The notes beneath the pieces are model-generated. The model had not been told where the DNA came from. It saw only the letters and a list, made by a program, of their open reading frames with translations, and ran no database searches. Below, in pieces: positions 10,666 through 21,234 of a DNA stretch of 37,416 bases. The position numbers and the translations under genes were made by a program. The stretch comes from Octopus bimaculoides (Eukaryota). Location: positions 36,237,394-36,274,809 of the forward strand of contig NC_068997.1 of assembly GCF_001194135.2 (NCBI RefSeq), read 5' to 3'. Every line of letters begins with the position of its first letter. The first letter of the stretch is position 1.

Positions 10666-11834
10666 ACTAAGCCATTAAAAAAAAAAAAAAGAACAATATG
10701 GTGTATAATAATTCTTAGAAAACAACTATTCAATTTTCCCAAATATAACATGATTAAGCATTGCAACCACCTTATCAGTGAGTTTTCATGCTCTAAGTTA
10801 GTATTTCTCAGCCATTCTGTTCCATGCCCCACTTTGATTTTCCACAAATTATACATCTCACCATGAACAAAACTAGGATGTAGCATACATATATTCAAAA
10901 GAAGTTTCAATTAAAATTTTATTGCAAGTTTTCTTTAGTTGTTACTTACATCCCATTCTGAAGTAACCTACAACCCATATCCCACTAGTGGAGCATACTT
11001 TAGGGTCAAGCTGAACTGATATAATAGAAGTGTATGCACTGATATGAGGTATGTAAATATGCAAAAGTGTTCATTTAAGTAAAGTTGACGGATAGATTGT
11101 TCTTGAGTGCAAAAGACAAGTGTCATGGTGATGATATACCACTTTTGAATTGTAGATGATTGTAGTAACAGTATTTTAGTAGTATTTTGTGAGTAAAAAT
11201 TACAAAGATTAAAACATTAGATTTACAGTTTAGATTCAATCCAGTCAAAAGTAATTTATAATATCAAACCTCTTGGATTGATCAAATGAATATCTGTGGC
11301 AAATTTTAAAAAAAAACAATTCAAATCTAATCCACATCTGGCTTGTTAAGAGCAATTCAAATCTAATCCATATCTGGCTTGTTTTTGTGTCATACTCAAG
11401 CATCTAATTGACTTTCCTTACCACACATATCTACAGAGGTAATCTGAATAATTTTCCTATGAAGGAATTATATGGTTATAGAAACAGTGATTATAATTTT
11501 TTGAAGAATTAAATTTATTTATATTCTTGTATGATAATTATTTATTTAATATATTTTTGATGGTCTTTTTTTCTTTCTGAAAGCAACAGACTTACAATTA
11601 AAAACATATTTTCAATGAATGAAAGATGGGACCAAGGAATATGAGACAGTATGGTGGAAATGCAAAAAATTGTGTTCATTTGAAACAGGATGTCACGACA
11701 ATTGTATCCAAAATACCACTTTTGAATTGTAGATGGTTGTAGTAACAGTATAATAAGAGTTTGGCTGAAGATGGTTGTAGTGACAATATAATAATAGTCT
11801 GGGTAAGAAAAAATATTCTCAAAGAGTTATAACC

Positions 11835-13620
11835 TCTGTAGGACATAAAAAAAATTCTCTATTGCTGGATCAGGTGATGAAAGTCACAGAGAGGGTCATA
11901 GCCCAACTAATTAGGGAGAGAGTTAATCTAGATAAGATGCAGTTTGGTTTTGTGCCAGGGAGAAGCACTACTGATGCTATATTCCTGCTGCAGGAGAAGT
12001 ACCCAACCAAAGACAAACCTCTGTACTTGGCTTTTGTTACCATGGAGAAAGCCTTTGACAGGGTCCCCCATCCTTTATCTGGTGGTCAATGTGGAAACTA
12101 GAAATAGATGAGTGATTGGTGAGAGATGTACAAGCCATGTACAAGGATGAAGTCAGTAAGGTGAAGGTTGGCAACGAGTATAACGATGAATTCAGGGTAC
12201 AAGTAGGGGTTCATCAAGGATCAGTCCTCAGTCCCCTCCTATTCATCATGGTCCTCCAAACAATAACGGAGCTCCTCTATGCTAATGACCTTGTTCTTAT
12301 AGCTGAATCACTACCAGAACTAAAGAAAATATTTCAAGTATAGAAGCAACTTTAAGACCCTCTGATTAGGATCAGAGGGTCTTAAAGTTAACCTAGCAAA
12401 AACCGAAGTCTCAGTAAGTAGGAAAGCAGACAAATCACAAATCCCTTCAAATAGATAGTCCTGCTTGATCTGTAGGAAAGGCATAGGTAGAAATTCCATG
12501 TACTCGGTGCAAGCTATGGAAACATAAAAGGTGCAGCAATATCAGAGGAAGATTAACTGTGAAAATAGTTTTTGTGTGTGGAAGGTACACAGGTACAATA
12601 AACACTAAAAATGCACAGAAAATAGATTCTATCAAATTCCAGTGGGGTAAGCTAGAGGTAGTTGATAGCTTCTGCTATCTAGATGACCAAGTCAGTAGCA
12701 GAGGTGGATGCTCTGAGAGGGTAACTGTGAGTATAAGAATAGGCTGGGCAAAGTTCAGAGAGCTCCTACTTCTGTTGGCAAAGAAGGGCCTCTCCCTCAG
12801 AGTGAAAGGCAGACTGTATGATGCCTGTGTGCAAACAGCTATGCTACATGGCAGTGAAACATAGTCTGTGACTGCTGAGGACATGCCTAGACTTGAAAGA
12901 AGTAAAACTAGCATGCATCGCTGGATGTGTAAGCATCTTGAGAGAAAAGTTGGGCATATGAGGCATCAGATGTGGTGTGCAAGAGATATGACTGTGCTGG
13001 TATGGTCATGTGATGCATATGGACAAGGACAGCTGTGTAAAGAAGTGCCGATCTCTAACTGTGGAGGGAACCTGTGGAGGGAACCTGTAGAAGGCGTAGA
13101 CCCAGGAAGACATGGGATAAGATGGTGATCTTGGAATGTTGGGTCTCACAGAGGCAATGTCTAGTAATCGAGACCTTTGCCTTGCTTGAGAAGACCCATC
13201 AAGTCAAGTGAAATCGTAATCGTGGCTGATGCCGGTGTCATGTAAAAAGCACCTTTCGAGCATTGGGCCTCATGGAGGCAATATGGCCAATGCTGGTGTC
13301 ATGTAGCTAGCACCTGTGCCAGTGGCACATAAAAAGCACCTTTCGAGTGTTGGGCCTCACAGAGTCAAAGACAAATGACCAAGACTTTTGGCAATATGCC
13401 ATGCTTGAGTAGACGACCCATTGAGCCAGTTGAAATCATACTTGTAGCAGGTACTGGTGTCACGCAACAATCAGAATGGTTGGTGTTAGGAAGGGCATCC
13501 AGCTGTAGAAACTTTGCCAAATCAGACTCGAATCTGGTCCAGCCCCTCAGCTTACCAGCTCTGGTTACACCATCCAACCTATGCCAGCATGGACAACAGA
13601 CATTAAAATGATGATGACAC
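11835..13620 (+). mobile_element. 5'-truncated RTE LINE: RT domain through 3'UTR and GAT tail
   Basis: Fragment ORFs 11862-13128: QFGFVPGRSTTDAIF, EKAFDRVP, GVHQGSVLSPLLF, LLYANDLVLIAES, IGWAKFRELL, GRLYDACV. Broken by stops and small deletions. Tail atgatgatgac at ~13610. Confidence 0.92.
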
Positions 13621-15034
13621 AAGGTTTAAACTATAAAGTATATGTAAGCAGCATAAACATTACATAGTGATATGAGACTATGGTAGTAAATGTAGATCGT
13701 AAACCATTCAAATCAGTCTTTACTAGTCAGAAAATGCTTTTCATTAGAAGTGAAACTTCACCTCTCCTTTTCTACAAACTGTCTTTCAAACTTCTTTTTC
13801 TCGCTGCTTCTTTTAATTACCATTGTACTTATCAGCAGGATTGGATTTATGGGGGTGCCAAAAGTGCAATTGCCCCAGGCCTCCCCTTAATATTGAGAAC
13901 TCCTTTCTACAAAGGATATGGTGCACTTCCCATCAATCTTGCATGAAGAGGCTACCTTTCAAACAACAAGCATCTGTACTGTTTAAAAAAATGTAGTGGA
14001 TTCTCTTTAATGATAAATAACCAAAGATTTTCTCCACTGTAGTGACAACAGTTTATAGAATTAAGAAAAGCAGATTTTTCTACTTTAGTGACACCAGTCC
14101 CCAAAACCAGCATGGTGCCAGAGAAAAGTAAAAAACATTTATGTATGTATGTATGTATGCATGCGCGCGTGTGTGTGTGTGCGTGTGCGTGTGCGTGTGT
14201 GTGTGTGTGTAGAAATAGACTGAAAAATAAGTTTTATTGTCTCTAATTTTTAATTCCTGTTTCCAATGCAACTGACCAATGCCCTCAAATTGGTCGTTTC
14301 CAGATAAAGGGGTGCGCCCGCACGCGCACACACACACAAACACATATATTAGCACTGCTAAGCTTTATTACTTCAGTAAGTCTTCAAAATCTTCCAAACA
14401 GGTAAGTACAAAATATGTTCCAAAATTAAAATTTTGAAATTAGTTTTACTTATAAAATTACAGCTAAAAGCACTTTATTTTGGGCTTTAGAATTATTATA
14501 TATATATTCAAATGTTTTTCATTAAATCTAACCATTTTTTCAGACAAAATTGCTAACTGGGACAAAATGAGTAATTTCTGATTCCTCATTTTTTTCCTTA
14601 CTAGTTTCAAAACATTTTATTGTATTTTACATTTTGAAACATTTAATTCCAACTCTTATTTAATAAAAAAAATCTTCCCTTTTCTCTCCTTTGTTGTATT
14701 TTCACAATGAAGAAAAAGCAAGTGCATGTATGAAAAACGAAATTAGAATTTCTAAAAGAAAAGAGACATTTTCAGTCGTTTAAAATGTATAAAAGGAATA
14801 TTTTTTATTAAAGAAATGTATAATGGGATAAAAAATATCATTTGTTCTCCCTTCTATCTACCATATAACAACAGTTTGTCACAGCAGCACCTTGTAAGTA
14901 AAATTAAATTTGAGGGAAATTATAATATCAGGTAAAGTAGAGCATAAAAAAAAATTCTTACAGCATGGCAAAACTATGAAAATGATGAAACAGGACTCTA
15001 AGAGCACCATATAAATTCCTCATAACTTTTTATA

Positions 15035-15870
15035 TCATTATCATCATCATCATCATCGTTTAACATCTGTTTTCCATGCTTGCATGGGTTGGACAGTTCG
15101 ACTGGGTTCTGGAAAGCCAGGAGACTGCACCAGACTCCAGTCTGATCTGGCAGTGTTTCTATAGCTGGGTGCCTTTCCTAACGCCAACCACTCTGCGAGT
15201 GTAGTGGGTGCTTGTTACATGCCACCGGCACAGGAGCCAGAGGGGGCGGGCATCGACCACGATTGGATGGTGCTTTTTACATGCCACCAGCACGGGAGCC
15301 AGTCCAGGTGGTGCTGGCATCGGCCACGTTTGGAAGATGCTTTTTACATGCCACCGGCACAGAAACCAGTCAGGGCGAGGGGGCTGGCATCAACCACATT
15401 CGGATGGTGCTTTTTATGTGTCACCAGCACAGGGACCACAACTACAATTTCCATTTGATTATGTCAGATCCAAAAGTACTTTTTGAGTTGGCTGGTTATG
15501 CGACACTGGTGTAGATTACAGCTGTGACCTCACTTTATTTACTGCGTCTTCTCAGTCACAGCATATTTCCAGAGGTCTCTGTTTTTCTTCATTTCCTTTG
15601 TGAGGCCCAACATTCGAAGGTCATGCTTCACCACCTCATCCCATGTCTTCCTGGGTCTCCCTCTACCCTGGATTCCTTCCCCTATTTGGGAATAGCACTT
15701 CTTCAAACAGCTCTCCTCATCCATCCGTCTCTCTTGCATTCCACATCCAATTCTTCTTATGTTCAACATTTCTCTCAGGGCGCTTACACTTTGTTATGTG
15801 TGCACACTGACATTACACATCCAGTGGATCATTTCACTGCCATGAAGCATGGCAGTTTGCACACATACAT
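15035..15870 (-). mobile_element. RTE LINE 3' end (RT tail, modular 3'UTR, CAT/GAT tail), nested in the hAT
   Basis: Minus ORF 15539-15769: ...RGRPRKTWDEVVKHDLRMLGLT. (CAT)n at 15037-15057. Confidence 0.88.
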
Positions 15871-16810
15871 NNNNNNNNNNNNNNNNNNNNNNNNNNNNNN
15901 NNNNNNNNNNNNNNNNNNNNNNNNNNNNNNNNNNNNNNNNNNNNNNNNNNNNNNNNNNNNNNNNNNNNNNNNNNNNNNNNNNNNNNNNNNNNNNNNNNNN
16001 NNNNNNNNNNNNNNNNNNNNNNNNNNNNNNNNNNNNNNNNNNNNNNNNNNNNNNNNNNNNNNNNNNNNNNNNNNNNNNNNNNNNNNNNNNNNNNNNNNNN
16101 NNNNNNNNNNNNNNNNNNNNNNNNNNNNNNNNNNNNNNNNNNNNNNNNNNNNNNNNNNNNNNNNNNNNNNNNNNNNNNNNNNNNNNNNNNNNNNNNNNNN
16201 NNNNNNNNNNNNNNNNNNNNNNNNNNNNNNNNNNNNNNNNNNNNNNNNNNNNNNNNNNNNNNNNNNNNNNNNNNNNNNNNNNNNNNNNNNNNNNNNNNNN
16301 NNNNNNNNNNNNNNNNNNNNNNNNNNNNNNNNNNNNNNNNNNNNNNNNNNNNNNNNNNNNNNNNNNNNNNNNNNNNNNNNNNNNNNNNNNNNNNNNNNNN
16401 NNNNNNNNNNNNNNNNNNNNNNNNNNNNNNNNNNNNNNNNNNNNNNNNNNNNNNNNNNNNNNNNNNNNNNNNNNNNNNNNNNNNNNNNNNNNNNNNNNNN
16501 NNNNNNNNNNNNNNNNNNNNNNNNNNNNNNNNNNNNNNNNNNNNNNNNNNNNNNNNNNNNNNNNNNNNNNNNNNNNNNNNNNNNNNNNNNNNNNNNNNNN
16601 NNNNNNNNNNNNNNNNNNNNNNNNNNNNNNNNNNNNNNNNNNNNNNNNNNNNNNNNNNNNNNNNNNNNNNNNNNNNNNNNNNNNNNNNNNNNNNNNNNNN
16701 NNNNNNNNNNNNNNNNNNNNNNNNNNNNNNNNNNNNNNNNNNNNNNNNNNNNNNNNNNNNNNNNNNNNNNNNNNNNNNNNNNNNNNNNNNNNNNNNNNNN
16801 NNNNNNNNNG

Positions 16811-17231
16811 TATAATCATATGAATTCCCACATGTAGAACAATAAATTGGATCTTTTCTGTTTGGCTGCCAAATTTTCAAAAATCAACATTTATTGAAAA
16901 TTTTAAAATTTGGTAAATCAATGTAGATTTCCAAGCTGAATTGCTGGAGTTATTTCACTTTTTCCAAAACAATTTTAAAAAAAAGTTATAGAGGTTTAAA
17001 GTTTGATCATTTTCACCCAGTCAGAAAACAGGATTTGGAAGCTGCCATTTTGTGTGTAACTGCACATTTTGTCAACATCCTGAAAATAGCACTTGTGTTT
17101 TTATATGAAACTGTAAACAAATGAATTATGCATGACATATAACCCCTCTTAACTCTTTTATTGTTTGGAGTTTTCAGAAAATTTTTGTGAATTTCTATTC
17201 TACATGTGAAACTTCATACGATTATGCAAAA
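16811..17231. mobile_element. unclassified MITE-like element with imperfect TIRs
   Basis: 16812-16847 (ataatcatatgaattcccacatgtagaacaataaatt) is inverted relative to ~17190-17225 (aatttctattctacatgtgaaacttcatacgattat). Left end abuts a gap. Confidence 0.5.
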
Positions 17232-17684
17232 CAAATAAATAACTGTGGGGGTGTGTGATTTAAGGCCAATTTAGTTATTTTTAGCATACCTCACAACTAT
17301 CTCAATGTAAAAAAAAAACAAAAAACAAGCAAGCAACATGTATTTTGTAGTTTTAAGCATTCAATATGCATTTAATGCAATAAACTGCAAATTACAAATT
17401 AAATATTTCTCAAATAAACTTATAGCACAACGTTAAAAGATTTATGCCAAAACAAAAAAGCACATCACAAATTAAATATTTTTAAAAAACAATCTACAAT
17501 CTTAACTGGATAACAGAGCAAGTCCTCTGCACGAGTGTAGGACAACCCCTCCCCACCAGGACAAAACCTCCTTGGTTAAAGTGTGAAAACAGACAAAACC
17601 CCTTCAGTTAAAGGGTGAAAGTGGACAAAACTCCCTCGGTTATATTTTTGTTTTTTTCCCCATTTATTTTTACTCCTTTTACAC

Positions 17685-18760
17685 AGTCTGTGGCCCTGCT
17701 GGGGTACCACCTTGAAGATTTTTAGTTGAATGTATCAACCCCAGAATTATTTTTTCCTTTTTACTTGTTGCAGTTATTAGACTGCAGCTATGCTGGGGCA
17801 CCACCTTAAAGAATTTTTAGACGACTATGGAACCCAGAATTTTTTTTTAAGCCAGGCCAAAACCATCTCTGCAATATATTTGGGGATTTTTTGTGTTTTT
17901 TTTTTACTTTGTACTTGTTAAATCATTACAGAATTATTTTTACCTTTTTACTTGTTGCAGTTATTAGACTGCAGCNNNNNNNNNNNNNNNNNNNNNNNNN
18001 NNNNNNNNNNNNNNNNNNNNNNNNNNNNNNNNNNNNNNNNNNNNNNNNNNNNNNNNNNNNNNNNNNNNNNNNNNNNNNNNNNNNNNNNNNNNNNNNNNNN
18101 NNNNNNNNNNNNNNNNNNNNNNNNNNNNNNNNNNNNNNNNNNNNNNNNNNNNNNNNNNNNNNNNNNNNNNNNNNNNNNNNNNNNNNNNNNNNNNNNNNNN
18201 NNNNNNNNNNNNNNNNNNNNNNNNNNNNNNNNNNNNNNNNNNNNNNNNNNNNNNNNNNNNNNNNNNNNNNNNNNNNNNNNNNNNNNNNNNNNNNNNNNNN
18301 NNNNNNNNNNNNNNNNNNNNNNNNNNNNNNNNNNNNNNNNNNNNNNNNNNNNNNNNNNNNNNNNNNNNNNNNNNNNNNNNNNNNNNNNNNNNNNNNNNNN
18401 NNNNNNNNNNNNNNNNNNNNNNNNNNNNNNNNNNNNNNNNNNNNNNNNNNNNNNNNNNNNNNNNNNNNNNNNNNNNNNNNNNNTCCTTTTTACTTGTTGC
18501 AGTTATTAGACTGCAGCTATGCTGGGGCACCACCTTAAAGAATTTTTAGACGACTATGGAACCCAGAATTTTTTTTTAAGCCAGGCCAAAACCATCTCTG
18601 CAATATATTTGGGGATTTTTTGTGTTTTTTTTTTACTTTGTACTTGTTAAATCATTACAGAATTATTTTTACCTTTTTACTTGTTGCAGTTATTAGACTG
18701 CAGCCATGCTGTGGCACTGCCTTGAAGAATTTTTAGTTGAATGTATTGACCCCAGAATTT
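17685..18760 (-). repeat. head-to-tail tandem of SINE 3'-tail fragments
   Basis: Units ccttttta cttgttgcagttattagactgcagc.atgctg...ccttgaag...cccagaatt are the reverse complement of the SINE tail at 8635-8720. Part is duplicated across the gap. Confidence 0.65.
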
Positions 18761-18860
18761 GCAACAAGCGCATGAAATTAAGTCCAGAAAGTCTCTCCAC
18801 ATGCTAGAAATAATAGCCAAATCTCTTGAATCTTTTCTATAATTTCACATAAACAAAAAT

Positions 18861-19307
18861 GGGCATTCAATCATTTTGAGTCTCAGACTTGTCACTGACT
18901 TGTCAAGATTCATTCGTTAGTTTCCGTATGCATGACAGCACGTGTTAACTGTAAACACATGAAATATTATCACTAATACGGCTTTTCGATGCACACACAC
19001 ATATATATATATATATATACTTCTTTTCTGTATGTATGTGTGTGGAATGTAGATGACAAAAACGTCGCATTTTAAACTTGACAAAAGCTTTACAAGTTAT
19101 GTAGGTATATATATCTATGTGTATGCGGCTAGGGTTTGTTCTTACCCGTTTCATTTGTGTATGTAAATTTCCAAGAAGAAAACAAAATCAACGTCAAAAA
19201 AACCGTATTAGTGATAATATTTCATGTGTTTAAAGGTAACAACATGTGCACACAGAAACTAATGAATGAATCTTGACAAGTCTGAGACTCAAAATGAATG
19301 AATGCCC
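18861..19307. mobile_element. MITE with ~120-bp TIRs starting GGGCATTCA
   Basis: 18861-18985 versus the reverse complement of 19197-19307: gggcattca.tcattttgagtctcagacttgtca...aaacacatgaaatattatcactaatacgg. Flanks aaat / aaaa. Confidence 0.8.
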
Positions 19308-19798
19308 AAAACTGGAAATCATGGTTGTAAAAAAAACTTTTTATTTTCCCAAATTCCAATTTTTAAGTAAACAAAAATATATTCAATCGAAAATAAAAAA
19401 AAATAAAATAAAATAACAGAACACAAGGTTCTTCACTACTCAATGTACATATTGTCTGAATTCTAACAGATGTGAAAGCATTTACTTCAAAAAATGTGTA
19501 GAAACATAGAAATGATAAGAAGTCCCTTTGAACAACTAGCCTTTGGTGCCATAATTCTGTTAGACCTTCAATGGCCAGAGAAAGTTCAAAAGGTCAATTC
19601 ATTCTCATTAATCNNNNNNNNNNNNNNNNNNNNNNNNNNNNNNNNNNNNNNNNNNNNNNNNNNNNNNNNNNNNNNNNNNNNNNNNNNNNNNNNNNNNNNN
19701 NNNNNNNNNNNAATCAAGGGGGGTTTTGTTCGCTTTCAAACTTTAACTAACAGGGTTTTGTCTGAGGTTTTGTCCTGGGGGGCTTTTGTCTGGATCCC

Positions 19799-20108
19799 CA
19801 TGCGCACATACTTCCCTAACATATTTGTTATAATCAACTGTTGTGCAATGGCTCATCCCCAGTTCTTCAACACAAAACCAGACTGAAGTTAATTCTTTAA
19901 CCCATAAGAAAAGGAAAAGCACTACAGTCCTAAGAGGAAGGATGTCACCTTCAAACCATGTGTCTTTCTTCACTAACACAGACTCTATGCATCCTTGGCA
20001 TGTGTACCGCCAATACATATTCCCACAAAGTTTTCTTGTACTTATAAAATAACTCTTCATGTTACATACTTTTCTTTTGGGTATAACACACTTTTCTTGC
20101 AAGTACAA
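19799..20108 (-). pseudogene. Merlin/IS1595(ISXO2)-like transposase N-terminal fragment
   Basis: ...KKDTWFEGDILPLRTVVLFLFLWVKELTSVWFCVEELGMSHCTTVDYNKYVREVCA matches the region preceding the DDE domain of eukaryotic Merlin transposases (family knowledge). Confidence 0.75.
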
Positions 20109-20129
20109 AACCGCATCCTCCTCTGGTGC

Positions 20130-20790
20130 ATGATTTAAGGCCTATTTGGCTGCAATTTTTAGCACACATGACAACCATCTTCTTTCTCACAGACAAAAGT
20201 GTTCTTGTATTTGGCTTGTTACTATGGAAACAGGCATGAATGTGGCTTACGATTGGCTAAAATTACCCAAAATTTACAAACTTTAATAGCTGATAACTCT
20301 GTTGATTTAAGGTGAAAATGATTTTCGTGTCATTGACTAGCATATAAAAGTGTTTCATTACACTGAATGTGAAATCAATTTGAACAGAAATTGACCTTGG
20401 CAGCCAAACAGAAAAGATCCCACAAATTTGCAAACTTTTTCAGAAAATTACAAAAAATAAAAAAAGTTGAGGGGGTATATGGTGTGCTTAAAGCAAAATT
20501 CTGCCGAGAACAGATAAAAAACAATGAAAATAAAATAAAATTTTGTGAGAGGTAAGATGGAGAGATTTTTTATTTTTTTTAATGTGACTTGAATGTGTTT
20601 CAGAATGTGGAATACAATAAAATAATGAAGAGTGGGACAACTATTCCAACCCAGAAAAATATTTCAATATTTGGTGGAGTTCTGATTGTAGCCCACCATT
20701 TAATTAGTCATGACTTTTATTTTTTGGTATTTTCAGAAATTTTTTGTGAATTTGTGTTCTACATACTGTATCTTGTATGATTATGCAAAA
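20130..20790. mobile_element. second member of the unclassified 16.8k repeat family
   Basis: 20397-20420 is a perfect 24-bp inversion of 16849-16872. 20724-20790 is a direct homolog of 17165-17231. Confidence 0.5.
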
Positions 20791-21234
20791 ATATTTTTTA
20801 ATTTTTTTCATCCCTTCTCCAAATCCTAAAATTTTCAGGGAAAGAGTTGTTTTGTTGGTGAGATGGGGCTCTTGCAATAAAGATATGTTGTTATGAAGAG
20901 ATCATTTTGATTTAGGGGCATGTAAGAGAAACATCATTGTCATCATCCTTATTCATAACTCATGTTTCACTGCCAGTGGTTCCAATAAAAGGAAACTAGC
21001 TGCAATGGGGTATGTACAAAAAACTAACTTGATTATCTTGATTTATACTGTCTTATTTTCTTCTGATGCTACTTTAATAAGTTAACAAAATAATGCCATT
21101 GAAAAAATTTTAAAAAAAGAAACCTATAATATTTTACTTCTTTACATTAACCTATTCATTTTGGTCATTCAGGTTAGTCAAGTTATTTTTATACCATTCC
21201 CCATTATTGTTGGTTTCATTTTCATTTATATTTT

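Larger units (their letters stand above)
17533..19798. mobile_element. non-autonomous DNA element with GGACAAAACCCC-subrepeat TIRs (Mutator-like by inference)
   Basis: 17533-17640 and 19713-19798 are inverted, each with tandem (g)gacaaaac(c)cc / gttaaag..tgaaa units. Possible degenerate 9-bp TSD cctctgcac / catgcgcac. Confidence 0.6.

Noticed and set aside
17755-18704. Identical ~220-bp blocks on both sides of gap 17976-18483
   Set aside because: Exact identity flanking a gap suggests an unmerged contig overlap, so it was not counted as a real duplication.
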